Positions 11,085 to 19,959 of a stretch of 64,000 nt of DNA are shown here, in pieces (within the stretch, counting starts at the first letter, position 1; each line of letters starts with the position of its first letter). The translations under genes and the position numbers were made by a program. The notes under the pieces were generated by a model. The model ran no database searches and was not told where the DNA came from. It saw only the letters and a list, made by a program, of their open reading frames with translations. Source of the DNA: Deltaproteobacteria bacterium (lineage in GTDB: Bacteria > Desulfobacterota > Desulfobaccia > Desulfobaccales > 0-14-0-80-60-11); contig JAKAKP010000133.1 of the NCBI GenBank assembly GCA_021813445.1, positions 12,937 to 76,936 of the forward strand. Reading direction: 5' to 3'.

Positions 11085-12272
11085 TTAACCCTCCACTCCG
11101 GCGCAGATCGAGTCCCCCACTTCCCAATAGGGGGACAGGGCCCGGAGATTCTCGATAATGCCCGGCATGGTGTCGATGACCGCGTCGATATCCTTCTCGG
11201 TGTTATAGATGCTGAGGCTGAAGCGGATGGAGCCGTGGGCCATGGTGAAAGGCACACCCATGGCCCGGAGCACGTGGGACGGCTGCAAGGACCCGGAAGT
11301 GCAGGCGGACCCCGAAGACGCACAAATGGCGTATTCGTTTAGCCGCAGCAGGATGGCCTCCCCTTCCACAAACTCGAAGCTGATGTTGCTGGTATTGGGC
11401 AGGCGCTGAGTACGGTCGCCGTTGACCCGGCAACGGGGCACCTTGATCAGGAGAGAATTTTCTAATTTGTCCCGCAATGCCTTGACCACGGTGTTTTCCG
11501 TTTCCATTTTCTGGCCCGCCAGGTCGCAGGCCAGGCCCAGGGCAATGATGCTGGGGACGTTTTCGGTGCCGCCCCGGCGCCCCTTCTCCTGGTGGCCGCC
11601 CACCAGGAAGGGGGAAAAGCGGGTGCCTTTGCGCACATACAGCGCGCCCACGCCCTTGGGCGCGTGCAGCTTGTGGCCGGACAACGACAGCATGTCGATG
11701 CTATTCTTCCGCAGGTCGATGGGAATCTTGCCCACGGCCTGCACCGCGTCCGTATGGAAGAGAATGCCCCGGTTGTGAGCCAGGGCGGCGGCCTCCTCCA
11801 CCGGAAAGATCACCCCGGTTTCGTTGTTGGCCCACATCAGGCTGACAATGGCCGTATCCGGGGAGAGGCTTTTGGCGTATTGCTCCAGGTTCAGGCGGCC
11901 CTCGGCGTCCACCGGCAGCTCGGTGACCCGGTAGCCCTCTTGGGCCAGACGGGCCGTGAGCGACAGGACCGCGGGGTGCTCCACCCGGGTGGTGATGATA
12001 TGGCGCTTGCCGGGATTGGTGGCCAGAGCCGAGCGGATGGCGGTGTTGTCGCTCTCCGTGCCGCAACTGGTGAAGATGATTTCATCCGGCGCCGCACCCA
12101 AAAGATTGGCTACCTGCTCCCGGGCCTGGCTGACCCTGCGGCCCACCTGGCCTCCGAAGGTATGCATGCTGGAGGGGTTACCGTAAAAGTCTTGCAGAAA
12201 AGGCAGCATGGCTTCCAGGACTTCCGGGGCCACCTGGCTGGTGGCGTTGTTGTCCAGATAGATGGGTTTCAC
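11085..12272 (-). CDS. nifS: Cysteine desulfurase NifS
   Basis: MKPIYLDNNATSQVAPEVLEAM..., PLP site SLSGHKLHAPKG, and active-site loop SSGSACTSG. Confidence 0.9.
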   Translation of the reverse strand: MKPIYLDNNATSQVAPEVLEAMLPFLQDFYGNPSSMHTFGGQVGRRVSQAREQVANLLGAAPDEIIFTSCGTESDNTAIRSALATNPGKRHIITTRVEHPAVLSLTARLAQEGYRVTELPVDAEGRLNLEQYAKSLSPDTAIVSLMWANNETGVIFPVEEAAALAHNRGILFHTDAVQAVGKIPIDLRKNSIDMLSLSGHKLHAPKGVGALYVRKGTRFSPFLVGGHQEKGRRGGTENVPSIIALGLACDLAGQKMETENTVVKALRDKLENSLLIKVPRCRVNGDRTQRLPNTSNISFEFVEGEAILLRLNEYAICASSGSACTSGSLQPSHVLRAMGVPFTMAHGSIRFSLSIYNTEKDIDAVIDTMPGIIENLRALSPYWEVGDSICAGVEG

Positions 12273-13093
12273 TGGGACACCTCCTCCACTTCCAGTTCCG
12301 GCCAGACCAGTTCCCGGAGTTTGGCTTCCACCACCTGTTTCATGGTCAACTGGGACGCGGCGCAGGAGGCGCAGGCCCCCCGGGTGGCCACCAGGACCCG
12401 GTTGCCCACCACGTCGATGAGCTCCAGGTCGCCGCCGTCCTGCTGCAGCAGGGGCCGGATTTCCCGGTCGATGGTCTCTTCGATCATCTTGATCTTCTGG
12501 ATATTGGAGAGCTTGGGCCGGGTGACCGCCTTGCCTTCCCCCCGCACCCGGTCGATAATCTCCTGGATGGCTTCATGGCAGCCGCCGCAGCCGCCCCCGG
12601 CCTTGGTGTAATTGGTCACTTCCTCGATGGTCCGCAGGTTGTTTTCCCGGACCACCCGGGCGATTTCCTCTTCCGTGACCCCGAAGCACTCGCAGATGAT
12701 CTTGCCTTCTTCCGTGGGCGCAGGTTCGCCCCGGTAGTGGGCGATGGCGGCTTCCAGGGCCTCCCGGCCCATCACCGAACAATGCATCTTTTCTTCAGGG
12801 AGCCCCCCCAAAAAGTTGGCGATGTCCTGATTGGTGACCTTGGCCGCCTCCTCCACGGTCATCCCCTTGATCATCTCGGTGAGCGCGGAGGCCGAGGCAA
12901 TGGCGCTGGCGCAGCCGAAGGTCTTGAACCGGGCGTCGGTGATGCGGCCGTTTTCATCCAGTTTAAAAGTCAGCTTGAGGGCGTCGCCGCAGGCCAGAGA
13001 ACCCACGGTGGCCACGCCGTCAGGATTCTCCACCTCCCCCACGTTCCGGGGATTGAGGAAATGCTCCTTAACCTTGTCCGTATATTCCCACAT
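12269..13093 (-). CDS. nifU: Fe-S cluster assembly scaffold NifU (three-domain form)
   Basis: IscU-like N-terminus (GSLACGDALKL...FGCASAIASAS), central CxxC ferredoxin-like region, and C-terminal NifU domain (GACASCAAS). Overlaps nifS by 4 nt. Confidence 0.9.
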   Translation of the reverse strand: MWEYTDKVKEHFLNPRNVGEVENPDGVATVGSLACGDALKLTFKLDENGRITDARFKTFGCASAIASASALTEMIKGMTVEEAAKVTNQDIANFLGGLPEEKMHCSVMGREALEAAIAHYRGEPAPTEEGKIICECFGVTEEEIARVVRENNLRTIEEVTNYTKAGGGCGGCHEAIQEIIDRVRGEGKAVTRPKLSNIQKIKMIEETIDREIRPLLQQDGGDLELIDVVGNRVLVATRGACASCAASQLTMKQVVEAKLRELVWPELEVEEVSQ

Positions 13094-13157
13094 GCATACA
13101 CTCCTTTTTACGTATCACTTCCGGGTAGTTAGCCTCAGCGCCCCCGGATACTCAGCC

Positions 13158-13170
13158 TATTGTCACAATA
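13158..13170. promoter_or_regulatory. Perfect 6-1-6 palindrome upstream of nifU (candidate operator)
   Basis: TATTGT-c-ACAATA, about 65-77 nt upstream of the nifU start. No family assignment is possible from sequence alone. Confidence 0.3.
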
Positions 13171-13235
13171 TAGTGCAGGTAAGGGTAAAAAACAATATTA
13201 GCCCCCTCAATCCCTGGCTTGTAAAGCAATTGCAG

Positions 13236-13730
13236 TTAGCGGCCGGGGAGGAAGTATTCCCAGGGCGGGAGCCGGTCATCCGGGACAGTCGACGGCAGCC
13301 CCAGGGACGCGGCGGGGGTCAGCAATTCCTGGGTCTGGTATGGGTCTTTAAACTCCTGTTCCGGCTTGAAGTTCAGGTACTTGACGCCCCGGTTCTGGAG
13401 GTAATAGGCCAGATCCAGTTTGATGTCCACCGCGATGTCCACCCAAAAGCACAAAGCCTGGCGCAGCAAAGCCGCGGACCTTTCGGCCAAGACCGCGGCA
13501 TCCCACAAATGCGCGGTATTTGCTGCCAGGTGGATTTGGCTCCTTGCTTTTGAGCCAGGAATCGTATTCCAAAGGATAGGCCTTCCCCCAGACCGCGGGA
13601 TCATATTCCCCGTCCGGGACGGCCACAGTTTTTACCGGCTCCGACGGCGGCGGCGAACATCCCCCCACAGTAAGACAAACCACGCCAGAACTACGGCCCA
13701 GAGAATCGAGATCAGCGCCTTCGTTTTCAT
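13236..13730 (-). pseudogene. Decayed cytochrome c nitrite reductase (NrfA)-like relic
   Basis: Pieces in three frames: signal peptide MKTKALISILWAVVLA, then (V)VCLTVGGCSPPPSEPVKTVAVPDGEYDPAVWGKAYPLEYDSW, then ...AHLWDAAVLAERS...PWEYFLPG. No CxxCH heme motif is left, so the core appears deleted. Confidence 0.4.
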
Positions 13731-13964
13731 CAGTTCATCCACCTGAGAGATTATGGGCTCCGGACCTCCACGGTCCCGGTGTGTTTAGGCGATATACGGC
13801 GGTGGCAGTCCCAGCACGGCCGCTCTTCCTTGATGCGGTAGACCGGTTCACGATGACAGCCGCGGAGAGAAAATATTTTATCTCGCCTGGTCTTATCTGG
13901 TCCATATGCTTATAATCTCTAGCACATTATCAATCCTTCCGGTAGTCAATTTTCATCAGGGGGC

Positions 13965-13992
13965 TTGCCAAATCAGTAATCATATATAGAAT
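13965..13992 (+). promoter_or_regulatory. Candidate sigma-70 promoter
   Basis: TTGCCA, 16-nt spacer, TAGAAT. Confidence 0.4.
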
Positions 13993-13998
13993 TTAGTT

Positions 13999-14071
13999 AC
14001 GGGATAGCGGCGGGGTTATCCTCATTTCCGGGCTGTTGGCAGGCCTGCATTCCCCCCGCTCCATTTTTTTC
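13999..14071 (+). ncRNA. Candidate ~70-nt structured transcript (sRNA or leader) ending in an intrinsic terminator
   Basis: Starts downstream of the candidate promoter. agcggcgggg...ccccccgct pairs around internal hairpins and is followed by ccattttttt. No match to an RNA family I recognise. Confidence 0.25.
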
Positions 14072-14180
14072 TTTACCTTCAAACCGATTTTATTTATTAT
14101 TTAGGTCAATTAGCCCATAGGCGGTCTGAGCCCGGCGCTGGCGGCGGGCCAAGACAGACCACCCCAAGGAGTATCCCGGG

Positions 14181-14456
14181 ATGAACAAGTCGCAGCTCAT
14201 CGAGGCCCTGGCCAAAGCGGAGAATCTCACCCTGAAGAAGGCCGAAATGGTGGTCAATGCCATGTTCGAGAACATGGCGGAAGCCCTGGTGCAAAAAGAA
14301 CGCATTGAGATTCGCGGCTTTGGCAGCTTTAAAGTAAAATTCTACAACGGCTACAAAGGCCGCAACCCCAAGACCGGGGACCTCATCGAGGTGGAGGGCA
14401 AAAAATTGCCCTTCTTTAAAGTCGGCAAGGAGCTGCGCGAACGCGTCGACCGCTGA
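14181..14456 (+). CDS. ihfB: HU/IHF-family DNA-binding protein, IHF-beta-like
   Basis: ERIEIRGFGSFKV...GRNPKTGDLIEVEGKKLPFFKVGKELRERV closely parallels IHF beta. Confidence 0.85.
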   Translation: MNKSQLIEALAKAENLTLKKAEMVVNAMFENMAEALVQKERIEIRGFGSFKVKFYNGYKGRNPKTGDLIEVEGKKLPFFKVGKELRERVDR

Positions 14457-14465
14457 GCCTTTTTA

Positions 14466-14737
14466 CCTGGCCGTGCTAGACGGGGAGCTAGCGGTGCCCT
14501 GTGACCCGAAAGCCGCTTATGCGGGGTTGAAGTCCTTTCTGAGGGTTGCAGCGCATCCGGGGACGGCTGTCCCGGGCGGCGGATTGGACCCCACGCAACA
14601 GACGCTGGTGAACCCCGTCAGGTCCGGGAGGAAGCAGCGGTAAATCAGGCGGTCTGTGTCGCGGCGGCTGCTAATCCTTAAACCCCCGGGCGGTCCCTCC
14701 GGTTGAAAGCGGATTCGAAGAAGGGTGCACGGCCAGG
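14466..14737 (+). ncRNA. ffs: Signal recognition particle RNA, large (Bacillus-type, Alu-domain-containing) form
   Basis: 5' GGCCGUGCUAGACGGGGAGCUAGCGGUGCCCUGUGACC parallels the B. subtilis scRNA Alu domain. Helix-8 motif GUCAGGUCCGGGAGGAAGCAGCGG is present. The termini cctggccgtgc/gcacggccagg pair. Confidence 0.85.
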
Positions 14738-14782
14738 CTAATCTTTTCCCGCCATTTTTCCTGCAAAATCCTGACTCATGTT

Positions 14783-15125
14783 AAAAAACCCCGGGGCACA
14801 GGCGGCTCGCCTGTGCCCCGGGCCTTAACTCTGCCCGCATAAAACCTCTGCGAAAGTCCCACTCACTTGTCATTCTGAGGGAGCGCAGCGACCGAAGAAT
14901 CTATCGTTGGGACATCAAGATTCTTCACTCCGCCGCACTCCATTCTGAAAGACAAAAATATGACTTTCGCTAAAGCCCAAAACCTAAACATGGCTACAAA
15001 AATGTTACCAACCAGAAAAAGATAGGAGGAATGCTTTGAAATCCCCCTTTGGAAAAGGGGGCTTAGGGGATTTGGAGGCGCTTATAAATCCCCCCTACCC
15101 CCTTTTTCAAAGGGGGGGAATCGTT
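14783..15125. repeat. REP-like cluster, including a hairpin that reads as a minus-strand terminator
   Basis: ccggggcacaggc-ggctc-gcctgtgccccgg is preceded by aaaaaa on the + strand, which is a T-run on the - strand. Inverted gtcattctgagggagcgcagcgaccgaagaatc / gattcttcactccgccgcactccattctga. Two inverted ccccctttnnaaaggggg units. Confidence 0.65.
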
Positions 15126-15192
15126 CCTTATTAACCTTATCCTGATTTACTAAGATTGACTCCGAAAACAGGTTTTGAAATGACTTATACTA

Positions 15193-15942
15193 TCAGGCCT
15201 TCTTCTTCAGTTGGTCGGCCACCGATTGGATGGCCCGGGCCACGGCTTCCGGGTCGCCCAGGTAATAGTGGCGGATGGGGCTCAGATCATCATTGAGTTC
15301 GTAGACCAGGGGGATGCCCGTGGGGATGTTGAGGCCCACAATTTCCTCATCCGGGACGTTATCCAGGAACTTCACCAGGGCCCGCAGGCTGTTGCCGTGG
15401 GCGGCGATGAGCACCCTCTGGCCGACCCGGACAGCCGGGGCGATGGTTTCATGCCAGTAGGGCAGGAAGCGCGCCACCACATCCTTGAGACACTCGGTGA
15501 GGGGAATTTCTTCGGACCGCATACCGGCATAGCGGGGGTCGCGGCCGGGATAATAGGGATCTTCCGGAGTCAGGGCCGGGGGCGGCACGTCATAGCTGCG
15601 CCGCCAGATTTTGACCTGGTCCAGGCCGTGCTTCTCCACGGTCTCCGTCTTGTTCAGGCCCTGCAAGGCGCCGTAGTGGCGCTCATTGAGGCGCCAACTA
15701 TGATGCACCGGCAGCCACATCAGGTCCATCTCCTCCAGGGCCAGCCACAGGGTCTTGATGGCCCGCTTCAACATGGAGGTGAAGGCCACGTCAAAGACAA
15801 AACCCTCCTGGGCCAGGGTGCGGCCCGCCTGGTGGGCCTCGCCCACGCCCCGCTCCGAGAGGCTCACATCGATCCAGCCGGTGAACCGGTTCTCCTGATT
15901 CCAGATGCTTTCGCCGTGACGCAATAAGACGATCTTTTTCAT
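15193..15942 (-). CDS. gpmA: 2,3-bisphosphoglycerate-dependent phosphoglycerate mutase
   Basis: [32 protein letters not shown], with the catalytic RHGES motif. Confidence 0.92.
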   Translation of the reverse strand: MKKIVLLRHGESIWNQENRFTGWIDVSLSERGVGEAHQAGRTLAQEGFVFDVAFTSMLKRAIKTLWLALEEMDLMWLPVHHSWRLNERHYGALQGLNKTETVEKHGLDQVKIWRRSYDVPPPALTPEDPYYPGRDPRYAGMRSEEIPLTECLKDVVARFLPYWHETIAPAVRVGQRVLIAAHGNSLRALVKFLDNVPDEEIVGLNIPTGIPLVYELNDDLSPIRHYYLGDPEAVARAIQSVADQLKKKA

Positions 15943-16253
15943 AAGTCTTCCTCATACTTTCATGAGCTTAAAATTGCTGGCTGGGGGCCCAAAAAATGAC
16001 TACCATATTTTTGCGGCCGCGCCTCACTTGTTTCCCCAAATTATCATCTTATCTTAAAACCCTGAGGGACGTAACCGGGAAGCCCGGCATTGGCCCGGTC
16101 TCCACGCCACCGGAGCCCGCCCCGTTTACGGATGCCGGCCGGAGCCCCATCCTTTTGTGGGAAAATATGTTATATTTATACCACTTCGACACTTTCTCAA
16201 AGCCTTTCCTTGGATAAATTCCAGATCCATTCCTTACTGGAGGCAGCGGCAAG

Positions 16254-16706
16254 ATGTCCATGGACCCCGAGTTATTACTGCAACAATGCAGAATTTATCA
16301 AAATAAACATAAAGAAGAGATTAATCTTACTTATGCTGATGAAGATGGCTTTTATAAGATATTGGATAGATATGTTTACGAAGGCTATAAGGTAAGATTA
16401 AATTTCCTCAATGACAAGCTGGCCCAAGGCTCAGCCTTGATTGAAAGAATTATTTCCTGCTTAAACGGACAGATATTAATCGATGATTATATAAATATAT
16501 ACGCTGAGCTGCATGATATATTGGCATTTACTAGTCAAGATGCCTTTATTGAGGCCATAATTAAATGCCTCGAAACCAATATTAAAATTTATAATAATTA
16601 CTTTTTTGAATATATTCACACAGATAATCAAGGCGAGGGGTCTATTATCCGCTTGGCGCCAGCAAGTGAGGGTTTACCGTCCCAGTCGTTCACGGTTGAT
16701 ATTTAG
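16254..16706 (+). CDS. Hypothetical protein (AT-rich orphan)
   Basis: Clean 150-aa ORF with Asn/Ile/Tyr/Lys-rich composition in a visibly AT-rich patch. I recognise no motif. Confidence 0.45.
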   Translation: MSMDPELLLQQCRIYQNKHKEEINLTYADEDGFYKILDRYVYEGYKVRLNFLNDKLAQGSALIERIISCLNGQILIDDYINIYAELHDILAFTSQDAFIEAIIKCLETNIKIYNNYFFEYIHTDNQGEGSIIRLAPASEGLPSQSFTVDI

Positions 16707-16827
16707 GGGACTGGGCCACGGTAATTTGGGGGGAGGATGCGGATCTGGTTAGAAGGAGCCGCAATTTTCTCCTTTTAACCCAGTCTCCTCCAGCGTTATT
16801 AGGCTTTTCTCCCGGGGGAAAGAGCAA

Positions 16828-19494
16828 ATGATGGGCCATCCTTTAGATTTTCTTTTCAAACCCGCGGCCGTGGCCATCATCGGGGCCAGCGCCAAGGAAA
16901 ACAGCATCGGCCGGGCCCTGGTGGCCAATCTCATCCAGGCCGGCTTTCCTGGCCCGATTTACCCCATTAACCCCAACCACTTGGAAATATTAAGCTTGCC
17001 GGCCTATCCTTCGGTCCTGGCGGTGAACCGTCCCATCGACCTGGCCCTCATTGCCATTCCCATTAGAGACGTACCCGGGGTTTTGAGAGAATGCGGGCAA
17101 GCCGGGATCAAGGCCGCCATCATCATCTCTTCGGGAGGCAAGGAAATAGGCCCCGAGGGAGAGATCATTGAGGCAGCCATCAAAGAGGAGGCGGTCCGGC
17201 ATGGCATCCGCTATTTAGGACCGAATTCCTGGGGCGCGCTGAGCCCTCCGGCGCATTTTCACGGCACTTTCGCCCCCCGTTTCCCCCGCCAGGGGAATCT
17301 GGCCTTTATCTCCCAGAGCGGCGCCCTGAGCAGCTCCATTATCGGCTGGGCCTCCCTGAAAAACATCGGCTTCAGCCACTTTATCAGCCTGGGCTCGGGA
17401 ACCGACATCGACTTTGCCGATCTCATCGATTATCTGGGCAATGATGATAAGGCCCGGAGCCTCATCCTCTACATGGAAACCCTGACCAATCATCGCAAGT
17501 TTATGAGCGCGGCCAGGTCCGTTTCCCGGGTGAAGCCCATTATCGTCATCAAAGCCGGCCGCAGCCTGGCGGGAGCCCGGGCGGCCACCTCCCACACCGG
17601 GGTTCTGGCGGGTGTCGACGCCGCGTATAATGCCGCGTTCCGCCGGGCCGGCATTATCCGGGTGGACACCATCGGCCAGCTCTTCGACTGCGCCGAAGCC
17701 CTGGGGAAGGTGCAGCGGCCGGTGAAGGGGTCTTTGGGGATCATCACCAATGCCGGCGGCGCCGGCGTCATGGCCGCGGATGCCCTCAACCGCTGGAAGA
17801 TTGCGCCTCCGGCCCTGAGCCCTGAAACCTCCCAGAAATTGGACGAATTTTTACCGGCCAGTTGGAGCCGGGGCAATCCCATGGATATCCTGGGCGACGC
17901 CAGCCCGGAGAGATATGGCCGGGCCGTGCAGATCGGCCTGGAGGCCCCGGAATTCGCCGGCCTGGTGGTCATCCTCTCTCCCCTGGCGCTGACCGATCCC
18001 ACCGAGGTCGCCCGGGTGGTGGCCGGGGCTGCCGGGGGCCATGGCAAACCGGTCTTCGCGGTCTGGATGGGCGGCGAGGAGGTGTTGGAGGGGATCAGGA
18101 TTCTCAATGACGCCAGCATTCCCACTTTCGAGACTCCGGAAACCGCAGTGGACACCTTTATGGAGATGTATTCCTATTCCCGGAATCTGGAACTGCTCCA
18201 GGAAACTCCATCCCGCTTGCCCCACGAATTGCAGGTGAACACCTCTCAGGCCCGTTCCTTCATCGCCCAATGCCTGGAGCAAAATCAGCGCATTCTCACG
18301 GAAATCGAATCCAAGGCCATCCTTTCGGCTTACGGCATTCCCGTCAACCCCACCACTGCCGCCTCCTCCGCGGCCGAGGCGGTGGCAGCGGCCCAAGCCA
18401 TCGGCTATCCTGTGGTTCTGAAAATAAATTCCCCGGACATCACCCATAAAGCCGACGTCCAGGGAGGAATGCGTTTCTACCTCCACAACGACCAGGAAGT
18501 CCGGGCTGCGTTGGAGCAGATCATTACGGAAGCCCAGGCCCAGAAGCCCGAGGCCCGCATCTTGGGGGTCACGGTGCAGTCCCAGGAAAAGGAGCCGGAT
18601 TGCGAACTGCTTCTGGGCAGCAAACGCGATCCGGATTTCGGTCCCCTCATCCTCTTCGGTTTTGGCGGGGCCTTTACCGAAGTGATGGAAGATTGGGCCA
18701 TTGATCTGCCGCCGTTGAATCTGCACCTGGCCCGCCGTTTGATTGAAAGGACCAGGGTGAACCGTATCCTCCAGGGTTATCGCCATATCCCCCCTGCGAA
18801 CCTCGACCAGATCGGGGAGATTCTGGTGCGCCTGTCCCAACTGGTCACCGATTTCCCGGAAATCGTGGAGTTGGATATCAACCCGCTGATCCTGGTGCAC
18901 CATAGAATCGTGGCCGTTGATGCCCGGATCATCATCGAGCCCAGCCAGGTGCCGGCGCCCCGCCACCTGGCCATCTGCCCTTATCCCAACCAATATGAGA
19001 GCCATTGGCTGATGCAGGACGGCACTCCGGTGCTGTTGCGGCCCATGAAACCGGAGGATGAACCCCTGGTGGCCGACTTTCTGCACAAGTGCTCGGACGA
19101 CACCATCTACTTCCGCTACTTCAGGTTGATCCGGCATTGGACCCATGAAATGCTGATCCGCTTCACCCAGAATGATTACGACCGGGAGCTGGGATTGATG
19201 GCCGTCGGCCAGCCCCCGAGCCCGGAAGTGATGATGGGGGTGACCCGTCTGGCAATCGACCGCAGCCAGGGAACCGGAGAATTTGCAGTGATCGTGGCTG
19301 ATCCCTGGCAGGGCAAGGGTCTGGGGCCGAAATTGCTGGAACGGGTCATCGCCATTGCCCGGGATCAAGAGGTGAAGTTCCTCTATGGCGATGTCTTGGC
19401 GGAGAACCAGCCCATGCTGGAGTTGGCCAAAAAGGTGGGCTTTGCCCTGCACCGGGATTCAGCCGAAGTGGTCAAGTTGGAAATGGCCCTGTGA
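16828..19494 (+). CDS. Pat/YfiQ-type protein lysine acetyltransferase (ADP-forming acyl-CoA synthetase-like domains + C-terminal GNAT)
   Basis: CoA-binding N-terminus (KPAAVAIIGAS), succinyl-CoA-synthetase-like and ATP-grasp regions, and a C-terminal GNAT (WQGKGLGPKLLERVI). Confidence 0.85.
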   Translation: MMGHPLDFLFKPAAVAIIGASAKENSIGRALVANLIQAGFPGPIYPINPNHLEILSLPAYPSVLAVNRPIDLALIAIPIRDVPGVLRECGQAGIKAAIIISSGGKEIGPEGEIIEAAIKEEAVRHGIRYLGPNSWGALSPPAHFHGTFAPRFPRQGNLAFISQSGALSSSIIGWASLKNIGFSHFISLGSGTDIDFADLIDYLGNDDKARSLILYMETLTNHRKFMSAARSVSRVKPIIVIKAGRSLAGARAATSHTGVLAGVDAAYNAAFRRAGIIRVDTIGQLFDCAEALGKVQRPVKGSLGIITNAGGAGVMAADALNRWKIAPPALSPETSQKLDEFLPASWSRGNPMDILGDASPERYGRAVQIGLEAPEFAGLVVILSPLALTDPTEVARVVAGAAGGHGKPVFAVWMGGEEVLEGIRILNDASIPTFETPETAVDTFMEMYSYSRNLELLQETPSRLPHELQVNTSQARSFIAQCLEQNQRILTEIESKAILSAYGIPVNPTTAASSAAEAVAAAQAIGYPVVLKINSPDITHKADVQGGMRFYLHNDQEVRAALEQIITEAQAQKPEARILGVTVQSQEKEPDCELLLGSKRDPDFGPLILFGFGGAFTEVMEDWAIDLPPLNLHLARRLIERTRVNRILQGYRHIPPANLDQIGEILVRLSQLVTDFPEIVELDINPLILVHHRIVAVDARIIIEPSQVPAPRHLAICPYPNQYESHWLMQDGTPVLLRPMKPEDEPLVADFLHKCSDDTIYFRYFRLIRHWTHEMLIRFTQNDYDRELGLMAVGQPPSPEVMMGVTRLAIDRSQGTGEFAVIVADPWQGKGLGPKLLERVIAIARDQEVKFLYGDVLAENQPMLELAKKVGFALHRDSAEVVKLEMAL

Positions 19495-19959
19495 TCTTTG
19501 AGCCCTCCCTTCCTCCCCTGACCTTTTTGGTCTGGGTCATTTTTTCTTTCTTTAAAAAAACTGAGAAGAATTTCCTTTTTTAGGGAAGCGTGTGCTAAAA
19601 TACGGACCTCTGCTCCGGGAACAGGAAGTTCGGGAATTTTTTCCGGACACCAAGGTTCTGATTCGGTTACTTAGCCGCGGTGGCCAAGCCTGCCGCAAAA
19701 TCTTGGTTCTAGCCCCTTCAAACAACATCTTACTATCAGCCGCACGCGTATGCAGAGGATGCTCCATGGAGCAGCCACCGTTTCACGGATTTCATTCAAC
19801 CCAGTTCCGCAAAATTTCAATTTTCCCCCCACTGGGGGCCTTAAGAAAAATTCGGGAATTACCGATAACGCTCGAAAGAAAGGTATATTTTGGAAATCCT
19901 CCAATCCAGGATTCACCATGACCCGGCCCGGCCGCCGGGGAGGACCATAGGACCAAACC

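Noticed and set aside
17851-19452. Very long ORFs antisense to, or out of frame with, real genes. Examples: 533 aa at 17851-19452 (-), 461 aa at 30949-32334 (-), 431 aa at 26464-27759 (-), 339 aa at 11592-12611 (+), 295 aa at 1637-2524 (-), 296 aa at 39733-40623 (-), 289 aa at 45138-46007 (+).
   Set aside because: Their translations are low-complexity Gly/Arg/Pro/His-rich strings with no motifs. Each lies opposite a gene with clear family signatures. Stop-poor alternative frames are expected in GC-rich DNA.
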